DNA of 64,000 nucleotides from a virus (taxonomy: Duplodnaviria > Caudoviricetes). Below are positions 19,428-28,649 of the stretch, in pieces. A program made the translations under genes and the position numbers. Where the stretch lies: positions 100-64,099 of IMG/VR virus record IMGVR_UViG_3300042940_000551; one strand, given 5' to 3'. Position 1 is the stretch's first letter. Every line of letters starts with the position of its first letter. Below the pieces are notes generated by a model that made no database searches, was not told where the DNA came from, and saw only the letters and a program-made list of their open reading frames with translations.

Positions 19428-20615
19428 TATATTTCCGCCTTTTCTAGTTGAGGTACTTCTTCGGTTTTATTCAATTCTATCATTTCAAAGGAGACCTTGT
19501 CAAGGGCCTCTTTGTTTTTATTGTAGTGGTGGCCACAGAAATATAGCTCACCGTCTACTAGTTTAATTAGATACATAGCTTGAGCTGTACCACATTGATC
19601 ACAGCCGATCCATCTAGTTAGATCCTCAGATGTCATAGTCAACGGTTCCAAATTCAATGCGGTCAGCAATCTCATCATAAACTTGACCATCATCTGAAGT
19701 CTCAGCCCAAACACGAATGTTTGCAACAATTACTTCACGAGTAAATTTTACTCCGTCCTCAAAACCATCTTGGTAATCCATTTTATCTCCCTGTGTATCC
19801 TGTTGGCTCGTATTCCGAAACATAAGATTCGATAAGATTGTGTTTGTCACGAATCTTACTTACTTTCTCAATACTACCAGTTCCAATGTTGAATGTCAAT
19901 GCTGAAATTGCCTGCGGGTCAAGACCCATTACTTGAGCATCCCAATAGGCCCTCTCCATGGAGAGCCTATCAGGAGCAGTCAACTCAAAATACATTAGGC
20001 TTCCCTAACGTTGCATACTTCTTGGTCGACAACTTCGATGTTGCCGTTGTTTGAATCAGCAAAGAGCGCATCTGTAACTTCATCCTCGATATCATAATCA
20101 TATGGGTCGAGTAAGTTAACTTCAATAGTTCCAGTTACTTCAACAGATGCAGTAAACTGAACAGTCTTAGTCAACTCAATATCAAGAGCCTCGGCGATTG
20201 CACGTAAAGTATCTTGGTCTTGTGAGTCAGCATATGCCTCAAGAATGATATCTTTAACTGAATCAATCTTAGAGTTAAGTAAACCGTTTTGCTTTTGACG
20301 TTCACGTCCATTGTGTAGTTCCCATTCAAGGTTAACTACTTTATCTGTTGCATATTCTGCATCAGAGTATCCACGGATAACTTTATAGGTTACCAATAGA
20401 TTTGGGTTATATGTATCGGGCACCGTTACTGTGCTTGTCTCTTCCATTTTATTTCCTTCCGTTTCTGTAGGGTCTGATTCTACCACATTGGTCTGACACC
20501 ACACAACACTTGGGTCACTACAATTACAGGACGGGTCCCGAAAATGTATTCCCTTAGATACAATCTCAATAGATGCATCGCATGAGTGACATACATACCA
20601 ATATGATTTGAACAT
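19427..20615 (-). other. ORFs 19427-19642 (CxxC..CxxH Zn finger), 19626-19781, 19783-19995, 19995-20615
   Basis: ORF track with refined starts; coupled. Confidence 0.7.
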
Positions 20616-20718
20616 GACGCTATTGTACAGGACCCCACTGACATTTACAAGGATTTCCAGGGATTTTTTTTACGTGTCGTAACACAAAAAATCCCCCCTT
20701 AGCTCTGCGGGCCCTTTG

Positions 20719-20792
20719 CGATCCATAACGGACTTGAACCGTCGACCTCTACCGTGACAGGGTAGCGCTCTAACCAACTGAGCTAATGGACC
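20719..20792 (-). tRNA. tRNA-Asp(GTC)
   Basis: GGTCCAT/ATGGATC acceptor, CTACC-CTGTCAC-GGTAG anticodon arm, GGTTCAAGTCC T-loop; no encoded CCA. Confidence 0.93.
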
Positions 20793-20832
20793 AAATGGTG
20801 AGCAGTTTTAAATCTTGCTCAGGATTTTTTCT

Positions 20833-21837
20833 TTAGAAGGATTTAACCATCTTAAGAATTTTATTTTTTTCTGCGGTTAAGATTGGGTCAAAACCACTTG
20901 CACCCGCCATTAGGGTTTCGGAATTACCACGACCAGAACGGAAATAGTCAAGGCGTTCGGTAAGCGCATTAAACGCACCCCACTTTGTGCCTTTAATATT
21001 AGCGTTAGTTGGTGAGTTATGATAAAGGTCATCGATTAGAACAACCTTATTTTCCCAACGCTTAATTGTTGATTTGTTATCAACATCAGGCTTAGGATAA
21101 ATTGAGCGAATCAACTTTGAGAATTCAACATCGGTAATCTCTTGGTTAAAGAGTTCCTGCGCTTCCTTCTCAAACTCATCGAAATACCCAAGAGCAAGCC
21201 CAAGAGTTTCACGAGCAACTTGAATTCGTCCTTCAACAGATTGTGTGTGACGAATCTTGAATGATTGCTTTGCATTACGCATTGCAAGATTAAGAGTGTT
21301 TTGGCAAACTACACGAACAGGTGTAATCGCTGCCTGAACAGCAACTGAGCCATCGTGTGATGTCCAAACAATTAAATATAACTTTGTTTGGTCATTGGCA
21401 CCTTGTGGGTCAAGCACCATTGTGCGAGGAATATCAACAGTTCCAAACACAACTTTGCCCTTCTTAAGAGAGCCAGCAGATTCCCAACGGCAATTAGGGT
21501 CTGCGTCATGAATATTATCTGCAAACGCAAACAATTCTTCATTCTGCACAACTTTGTAACGCTTACCAACAGTAGCGAGAACATCGGTTTCGCCGTTGAA
21601 TGGATTGTCACGCAATACAAGGTGGGATTCTGATACGTCATTCCACTCTGATGAGATATAATCGGTAATTGGAGAGAGACGAACATTCCAATTAGATAAC
21701 TTTGCTTCTTCAAGCATTGTTTGTGTAGTCACATCTTCATCTTGATTGAAGATACGATTGGCAAGATTATGCCATGCGGGTGCACCACGAAGAGCAAATG
21801 CAACTTCGCTACCATTGGTTTCTAGATTATGAGCCAT
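20833..21837 (-). CDS. DUF932 family protein (phage/plasmid TIGR03299-like)
   Basis: MAHNLE, APAWH.L, LG.VG.RY.VVQNEE.F, SHDGS, TPVRVVCQNTL. Confidence 0.88.
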   Translation of the reverse strand: MAHNLETNGSEVAFALRGAPAWHNLANRIFNQDEDVTTQTMLEEAKLSNWNVRLSPITDYISSEWNDVSESHLVLRDNPFNGETDVLATVGKRYKVVQNEELFAFADNIHDADPNCRWESAGSLKKGKVVFGTVDIPRTMVLDPQGANDQTKLYLIVWTSHDGSVAVQAAITPVRVVCQNTLNLAMRNAKQSFKIRHTQSVEGRIQVARETLGLALGYFDEFEKEAQELFNQEITDVEFSKLIRSIYPKPDVDNKSTIKRWENKVVLIDDLYHNSPTNANIKGTKWGAFNALTERLDYFRSGRGNSETLMAGASGFDPILTAEKNKILKMVKSF

Positions 21838-22114
21838 GGATTTTTTCCTTTCGATTGGTTAGTTTGGCAATTATAGCAGACGGGACTGACAAGCACAAGA
21901 TAAACTTGGCATATGTCCTAATTGTCTAGTGTGATCAATCTCATATTTTTGGGGGATTGTGGATAACTGTCGTAAGGCTGTGGATAACCCCGCACATCTG
22001 CGGGCTGTGAGCTGCAGCAGATATGCCTACTCCGAAAAGATAGTCGGAGATCGTGAGCATTCTTTGGCGTAGGGAAAAACAAGAAAACTACGCTTTGACT
22101 GCAGCCCAACAATT

Positions 22115-22354
22115 TTAGATTAGTTTAGTTATTTCAGTCCGCTTTGGAATTACGTCCATTGGTATCATTAACGCTGTAGTCTTTTTCTTTTTAAGACTAT
22201 CATATACAAACGCCTTGATGTTTCCATTAAATCGGCGCATGTTAGAGAAGACTAGTTCAGTTAGATATTGCTTATCAACGCCTTGTTCTGAGTAAAGAGT
22301 TAAATCATTAGCCTTTACTTCATCATAGATTTCTATTCTATAACGATTTTTCAT
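22115..22354 (-). CDS. hypothetical protein
   Basis: AAAGGA RBS. Confidence 0.75.
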   Translation of the reverse strand: MKNRYRIEIYDEVKANDLTLYSEQGVDKQYLTELVFSNMRRFNGNIKAFVYDSLKKKKTTALMIPMDVIPKRTEITKLI

Positions 22355-22392
22355 TTTATTCCTTTGTTAGTAGGGAGTTAAATTATAGCATT

Positions 22393-22417
22393 GGGGGCTA
22401 GAGTTTGTCTAGCCCCC
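22393..22417 (-). terminator. hairpin terminator
   Basis: gggggctaga-gtttg-tctagccccc. Confidence 0.8.
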
Positions 22418-22426
22418 TGCCATTAG

Positions 22427-22843
22427 TTAGAGATACTTGGCAATCTGCTTCATTGTAGAAGCATTTACTGTTTCCTCATCTGTCATTTTGAGAATTGTTA
22501 GGGCATTGGTGATGTCCTCTTTCATCTCACGATAAGTGTGCTGATGGATTTGCTCGTAGTCCTTTTCAGGCTCTTTAGGAAACGCTGTATCTTTTGTGAT
22601 GATGTCAAAATCAACATTAAGAGTGTTGTTCCATTGACGATAGTTTGTTCTGATGTTTTCTGCCTTAGAGAAATTGTCAATCGCCCACTTGCCGATTTCC
22701 TTATGCCACTTCTCACGGGCTTTCTGATACTTTGTTTCGTTTGCTTCTTGTGAAGCATAGTCTTTCTCTAGTGTTGATAGCCGAGCCTCTAGTGCTTTAA
22801 TTACTTTAGCAGTTGCTACCTTTACTGTGATTTGTCTTGACAT
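22427..22843 (-). CDS. hypothetical coiled-coil protein
   Basis: AACGAAAGGAA RBS and own promoter. Confidence 0.8.
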   Translation of the reverse strand: MSRQITVKVATAKVIKALEARLSTLEKDYASQEANETKYQKAREKWHKEIGKWAIDNFSKAENIRTNYRQWNNTLNVDFDIITKDTAFPKEPEKDYEQIHQHTYREMKEDITNALTILKMTDEETVNASTMKQIAKYL

Positions 22844-22971
22844 TATTTTCCTTTCGTTTCGGTTGGTTGATTAGTATAACATAGGGGTCTGACATTTACC
22901 CCTAAAGGTGAGAGTTCTTACTTACGACATTGGGCGAGAACACTCTCTAAACTGCCCCTGTTTCGTTCTAT

Positions 22972-24280
22972 TTAGTTGTTAGGTGCGCTAGTCCAGCGTT
23001 CCTTACCATTTACATCAAGCAGGATACGATTTGTTCCGCTAGGGTGGTTATCAACCGCCTTGATAACTCCTGTGATACCGCTTGTTGTTGTTGTGTAGGT
23101 TTGACCTACTTCTAGTGTTGTGTTCATTTATTTCCTTTCGTTAGGTGGATTATTATACCAAAGGGGTCTGACATTTATCTACCCCAATCTTATTATTTGA
23201 GATTCCAGGGGTGTGAGTTGCCTCACACTCCTGGTTTTGATCCCGTTAGTAAGCTTCGGGAAGCCAAGCGTGTAGGTGGTGTCCATCTACGATAGCAGAG
23301 GCGGGGCAAGAATCTTGACCTCTCCAAAATACGCCTTCGGGCAGTTTAATTAATCTTTGATAGTCCTCATCATAGTATGCGTCAATAGCATCTATACAAG
23401 GTTCGACCATAGATACTGGAACGGGTGGATAGTGATTACTAGTCAAGTGGATTTGAATTTGTGTTTCCAAGTCCAAGTCTAGTAGGTCATTACTAGCCAA
23501 GTCATATGCCATATTGCTTCCCATTATTCGTTCTCCTCTAGGATAGTTTCGGATAGGTTTTCCATTTCGTCTATTGTAGCGCATAGGTCTGACATTTCTT
23601 TTTCGGTTAGCAATACCTTAGTTATGCTATCGGCTACTTTTGCAGATAGGGCAGAGGAATACATATATAGATACTTAGCAAAGATTTCATCGCTAAGTTC
23701 ATTTCTGCGGGTATGCAGTTCTCCCGCAAGCCCCATTATATCCTCATCAAAGATAGAGTTTTTGGTTGCGTCTAATAAATCTATTGCAGTTGATAGCATT
23801 ATTCTGCCACCTTTAGAATAGCCCAAGAGCCACCCGCATTTACTTCGTCAATAACTGGAGTAATCTTAGGAAGTAAAATAGACTTTAGCATTCCTTCTAG
23901 CATAAAGATTTGTTCTTTTTCAGGTAACGCAAGTAAGCGTTGTGCGGTTGGATTTGTTTCGTCAAGTTCGGTGACGAAGTTTAGAGAGTGGCTGATGATT
24001 TTCATTTGTTGCCTTTCGTTGGTTGAATAATGGTATTTTACACTATGGCACCGACATTTGCTAATCCATCCTCGGCGTGTCGCAGTTTTTGTGAAGTTTC
24101 TCACATTTCAGGGTTATCCACAATTAACCCGTAAGCCTGTGGATAACCCCGCAGTATTGCGGGCCCTTTATCGCTCCTGGTCCCAAACTTCAGGATCCAC
24201 TTCTTTTAAATATTTTATTGCATCTGAACGTTCATCTTCCGTGCCGAGGACCGTCGCCATTAATGCGCTAAAGTATTTCA
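22972..24280 (-). other. ORFs 22972-23127, 23246-23524, 23524-23799, 23799-24005 and a short ORF starting at 24280
   Basis: Each cassette has a CGAAAGG-type RBS and a motif promoter. Confidence 0.7.
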
Positions 24281-24293
24281 TTTTTATTTCTCC

Positions 24294-25013
24294 TTATTTT
24301 TTAGTTGCGCTAAATCTAATATCTGCTTTACCATAAACACATAAGCCGCATGACACACATGCAGAACCATTGCTAGAAATAAGCGGAATGCTTTTATTAT
24401 TTTCAGGACATTTAGCGCCAGGCTTGCCCGTTAATTCTTTCATGGTGCTTTCGGTGACGGCGAATGTCTTTCCTAGATAAGCAAGGCGGATACCTTGATT
24501 AAGTTTTAAGTCATGAGCAATATCTTTATTCTCATCGTCGGTAGAATAGTAAAGTGATAAGTTAGAAATATCCTTAAGGATTAAGGCTGCAGACTTAACT
24601 CGTGTATATACCCAGAATTGAACATCGGGATGATTAGAGATAACAGTCTTCCACGCATATGCGTAGGTATCGTTAAAGAAATCCCCGTCCCAGTGGATAC
24701 GGAATAACTTAGGAGCACTCTTCTTATCGCAATCATTGACGAAGTCAACAATCATTTCGTCTAGCAATAAGCACATTGTATCCATATCTGCATTGCGTAG
24801 TAGTTCCCAGTTATGAAGAAGATTAGCCTTTACGGCTTTATAGAGTTTTTCCAATTTGCCTGCATAGCAAACACTCTCGCAGATAGACGTAGCGCCAGGA
24901 CATGAATAAGCCTTTCCTGCGGGTAATCCAAACGTGTTAGCAATTGCTGCCTGCTTTCCATTTTTTGTGACAAGGTTAGCCACCTTTCTATCATTAGAAC
25001 GTTTAAGCTTCAT
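24294..25013 (-). CDS. Gp88-like Fe-S/radical-SAM-related protein
   Basis: FGLPAG..SCPGATSICESVCYA, FRIHWDGDF, FWVYTR, C-terminal CxxC; ATG 7 nt after TATAAT. Confidence 0.75.
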   Translation of the reverse strand: MKLKRSNDRKVANLVTKNGKQAAIANTFGLPAGKAYSCPGATSICESVCYAGKLEKLYKAVKANLLHNWELLRNADMDTMCLLLDEMIVDFVNDCDKKSAPKLFRIHWDGDFFNDTYAYAWKTVISNHPDVQFWVYTRVKSAALILKDISNLSLYYSTDDENKDIAHDLKLNQGIRLAYLGKTFAVTESTMKELTGKPGAKCPENNKSIPLISSNGSACVSCGLCVYGKADIRFSATKK

Positions 25014-25042
25014 GGGGGTAATTATAGAGGTTAGGTCTGACA

Positions 25043-25267
25043 TTATAAGTCACCCATTTCTGCATCGGCCATACGGGACTGCATACGAAATTCATCTCTT
25101 TCAAATAAATCAAAGAATTTCATTTCGGAGCGCTCTAAGTCGCAAGTCCAGCAAATTATGCCGTCTAGTAATTCAGTTTCATCTCGGCAATCCGCACAAT
25201 TAGCAATAATTACGGGCTCGGTTGTAGCATAGAATTCGTCATAGAATTCATCATTTTCATAGTTCAT
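25043..25267 (-). CDS. small acidic Zn-binding protein
   Basis: CADC...CWTC. Confidence 0.65.
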   Translation of the reverse strand: MNYENDEFYDEFYATTEPVIIANCADCRDETELLDGIICWTCDLERSEMKFFDLFERDEFRMQSRMADAEMGDL

Positions 25268-25402
25268 GAGTTGACCTTTCGTTCGATTTAAGAGAATAAT
25301 ACCATGACGCACTGACATTTTCTGCAACCCGCCTCAGAATCCAGGGTGATTTTAATCACACCCGTAACGACACGCCCGACTCCGCAGCTCTGTGGGCGGG
25401 CC

Positions 25403-25418
25403 TCGAACATATGTTCTA
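25403..25418. promoter_or_regulatory. LexA (SOS) box-like site
   Basis: TCGAAC-ATAT-GTTCTA versus actinobacterial TCGAAC-N4-GTTCGA. Confidence 0.55.
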
Positions 25419-25438
25419 AATTATAAATTAGATCGTAA

Positions 25439-25573
25439 TTAATTTTCTAATTTATTTTTATGTTTTATTTTGCGTGTGTATTTTTTTTTATTGCGAACAG
25501 GTTGCGCCGCATTACTGCGACGCAATTCCTGAATTCGTTTTACTTTATCTCGTAGTGAGTTTTGGAATAACAT
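25439..25573 (-). CDS. basic 44-aa peptide with ArfA-like C-terminal motif (not in ORF track)
   Basis: MLFQNSLRDKVKRIQELRRSNAAQPVRNKKKYTRKIKHKNKLEN. Confidence 0.55.
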   Translation of the reverse strand: MLFQNSLRDKVKRIQELRRSNAAQPVRNKKKYTRKIKHKNKLEN

Positions 25574-26263
25574 AACCACTCGCCTCGTGAAATCTTTTTA
25601 CATCAAATCGCTCATTATCTTTCGCAAACATTTCAGCGAAATCATTTACGACTTTAGAAAAAACAGCGGGGTGAATTTTATTACTCGCATACTTTAGAAT
25701 TTCTGCGGTTGCGACATAATCTTTTCGTGTCATCATTTTACTACGACCCTTCTACCTTCACGATAAAATAATTTCGTGTAGCATTTTCCGCTAGGTGTGT
25801 AAAGATTTACAGTTGAGTATTCATCAGCAAATCCCCAATCCACATACTTAGCGAATTCGGTGTGAGCCTCTAATTCATCTGAGTATTCTCTTACAAAGTG
25901 GATAGGCTCGCTATCATTAGCAACAGTTATTTTATACATTAGATACCCCACTTTTCTAGAGCGCAATCGCAACTCTCTACATCATAATTGTTTTCATCGC
26001 CCCAAAATAAGAAGCCAGCACCGCCACACTCATCACAAGATACAGCGATTATTTCTGAGATATTTCCCATTAGTTTTCCTTTCGTTTTGTTGTAATAAAA
26101 TTATACCAGCACCCACCGACATTTATTCGGCTTCGGGTGTAGTAAAAATCCCCTCATTTAGTAAGCCCACCTCAAGGGCAAATAACTCATCGGGGGTTGC
26201 TTCGGATAAATCTACCCAGCCAGCACCCTCGTTGTCCATACGAAAAATTTCTATGTATCCCAT
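25545..26263 (-). other. small ORFs 25545-25736, 25733-25939, 25939-26070, 26123-26263
   Basis: Coupled ORFs, manually translated. Confidence 0.65.
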
Positions 26264-26265
26264 TA

Positions 26266-26472
26266 TTATTCACCTACCTTTACTGCGACTGTTGCGAATT
26301 TATTTCGCAAGCCACCCGCATTTATTTCGATTAGGTAGGCTTCAGTATTTTCGCCATACCAAATTTCTGGGCGGTGTTCAGCAGAAATAATCTCACCTGA
26401 AAAGTGGCGAGTATTTGAGCGATAGGTTTTTCCTACAAGTAGGCTTTCGATTGTGTATAGTTTGGTAGCCAT
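26266..26472 (-). CDS. hypothetical protein, paralog A
   Basis: YTIESLLVG.TY.S..R.F.G.IISAE.R...ATVAVK. Confidence 0.75.
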   Translation of the reverse strand: MATKLYTIESLLVGKTYRSNTRHFSGEIISAEHRPEIWYGENTEAYLIEINAGGLRNKFATVAVKVGE

Positions 26473-26740
26473 TGGCAGACCTTCTTTCGTTTGTTGTTAT
26501 AGCACCATTATAGCCGATAGCACCGACATTTTTCTACTTACTAGCCAGTAATTCCAAATAATGAGACGCTCAAGCCGTGTGTTCTTCATCACATAAAAAT
26601 GTCCGATTTGTCTGTCAAATCGACACGCCGTAGAATTCAGGGTTTTTTATAACAATGTCGTAACGACACGCCCGACGCCGCAGCTCTGCGGGCTTGTCAA
26701 GCCGACACGCCGTTGTGTCGGTGTGAATTACCTCACAATT

Positions 26741-26956
26741 TCAGTAATCTGAAATTCTGACCGCAACTGTTGCCCATTCATCAGTGAATGAACCTGTTGG
26801 GCGATAGCGAATTGAAAACGCTTCATAACCTTCAGGCGGATAAACATTTTCACGCTTTTCCGCAAAGTTAATTATTCCGCCATTAAATCGGCGACGCATT
26901 GACGTTGGTGAATAGTATTGATCCACCAACAAATCTACAATAGAATAACCTCTCAT
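26741..26956 (-). CDS. hypothetical protein, paralog B
   Basis: YSIVDLLVD.YY.P..R.F.G.IINFAE.R...ATVAVR. Confidence 0.75.
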   Translation of the reverse strand: MRGYSIVDLLVDQYYSPTSMRRRFNGGIINFAEKRENVYPPEGYEAFSIRYRPTGSFTDEWATVAVRISDY

Positions 26957-27210
26957 TGGTTTTCCCCTTTCTTTTCAGTAATTTTAGCAGATAGCACTGA
27001 CAAAGCTTGAGCCTTGCTTGCTTCACGTTGCGCTAAAACGTGTTTTTTAAATTCATCTAAATTCATTTTAGTTTTTCTCCTTAGTAGGTAGAGCGAATAA
27101 ATATTTTAGCAGAGCCTTGCGCTCATAAGTAGTTAATTCTGGGTGATTAGAAACCACTCCACCATTTTGGTATTCCCAAACAATTTTATTAAAAGTTTTT
27201 TCGGATAACA

Positions 27211-28649
27211 TTACATCACCCAACTTTCTTGAGTGTATGCTAACCACTCACCAAGGGTCATTAAACCCTTGTATTCATTACATTTACCGCAAAACATTTC
27301 GTTTGCGTAGTCTGAGCAAAAACCGCAGACAATTAAATTAGCCTCATCGGCTTGGACATTAGAGAGAGTAATCTCTCGGATTAGTGTAGTCATTTAAGAC
27401 CACCTTTCTTTTAACGATTAAAACCTTATTTAATCTTGATACTAGTATCCTACCATAGACCACTGACATTTTGACCCGTTTTTCGGGCGTGTCGGAAAAC
27501 TATTTTTGTGATTTACATCATGTGGATAACTTACGCTCAATTTTCAGGGGTTTTCCACACCTGTGTATAAAGCTGTGGATAACGCCCCCAAGTACTTGCG
27601 GGCCGATCTGACTTTGTCAAATCGACACGCCGATAATTAGCGCAAATCTTTTGTGAGTTCCCTCACATCTTCTTTTAACATTGGCCACGCCATACGCCAC
27701 AAGGATACGACGGAAACTAGTAGGGCTAATTGGACTAGTGTAGTTAGTAATCTATTCATTACTTATTCTTCTTTCTCTTATAAATCTTATAAGCAATTAG
27801 TAGGGCGGTAGTAATAGCGATAGTGTGCCAAGGTAAGTAGATAGCCCCAAAGAAACTATCAAACTCTAATCCGTATTCATTAGATACGATTAACTCAAAT
27901 CCGCTAGGTATCATTGTATTAGTCCTCCCAATCTAGTGCTAGTTCTTCTTCATCTAGCATATCGCTATCTGCTAAGTTTTCGTAGTAGGCTTTTTCCCAC
28001 TCTAAGTTTTCTTCTATTCCAATATAGGCATCTGCTACATCTGCTTGGATAGTATCCCATTTAGACATCATTAGTTTTGTTCTACCTTTCGCATATGTGC
28101 TACAACATTTTTAGAAATCTTTTGTAGTTCTGTTAGTGTCTTATTCATTTCATCTGCGCTAGTAGCGGTGAAGAAACCGAGGAATTGTGCCCCGTCCCAT
28201 AGTGAGTATGTTATTGTCATTTTATTTTCTATCCTTTTCGTTAGTTGTTATAGTTGATATTGTAGCCTATATGGCTGACATTACCTAGCATAGGGCTAGG
28301 TGTGTCGGTGTGAGTTATCTCACACCTAAGAGCCATTGGCTCTCATTAGGGCTTAGGTATTTATGAGATACGCAACCCTCTTTAGAGGCTAGTAACTCTA
28401 GGTAAGCCTTACGGCTCATATAGTTACCTACGCTATTACGAAACACAAGCGGATCACCTGTGTTACTACTAGCCATAGGGTGGCTAGCGTCTACAATAAT
28501 GTTATTCATTACTTAACTCCTTTCTTAGAGCAATTCTCCATGTGAACGAAGCAAGCGTATCCACACTCATCACAGATACTATCTGCTAGACGGGCACGGA
28601 TTTGTTCATAACTCTCAAGAGAGTTTCTATTTTCATATAGTGAGTTCAT
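27211..28649 (-). other. very small ORFs including 27211-27393, 28315-28509, 28509-28649
   Basis: GAAAGG RBS and motif promoters. Confidence 0.6.

Noticed and set aside
22907-22947. GAGAGTTCT...AGAACACTCTC stem as an ncRNA
   Set aside because: Short single hairpin right after a stop codon; most simply a terminator
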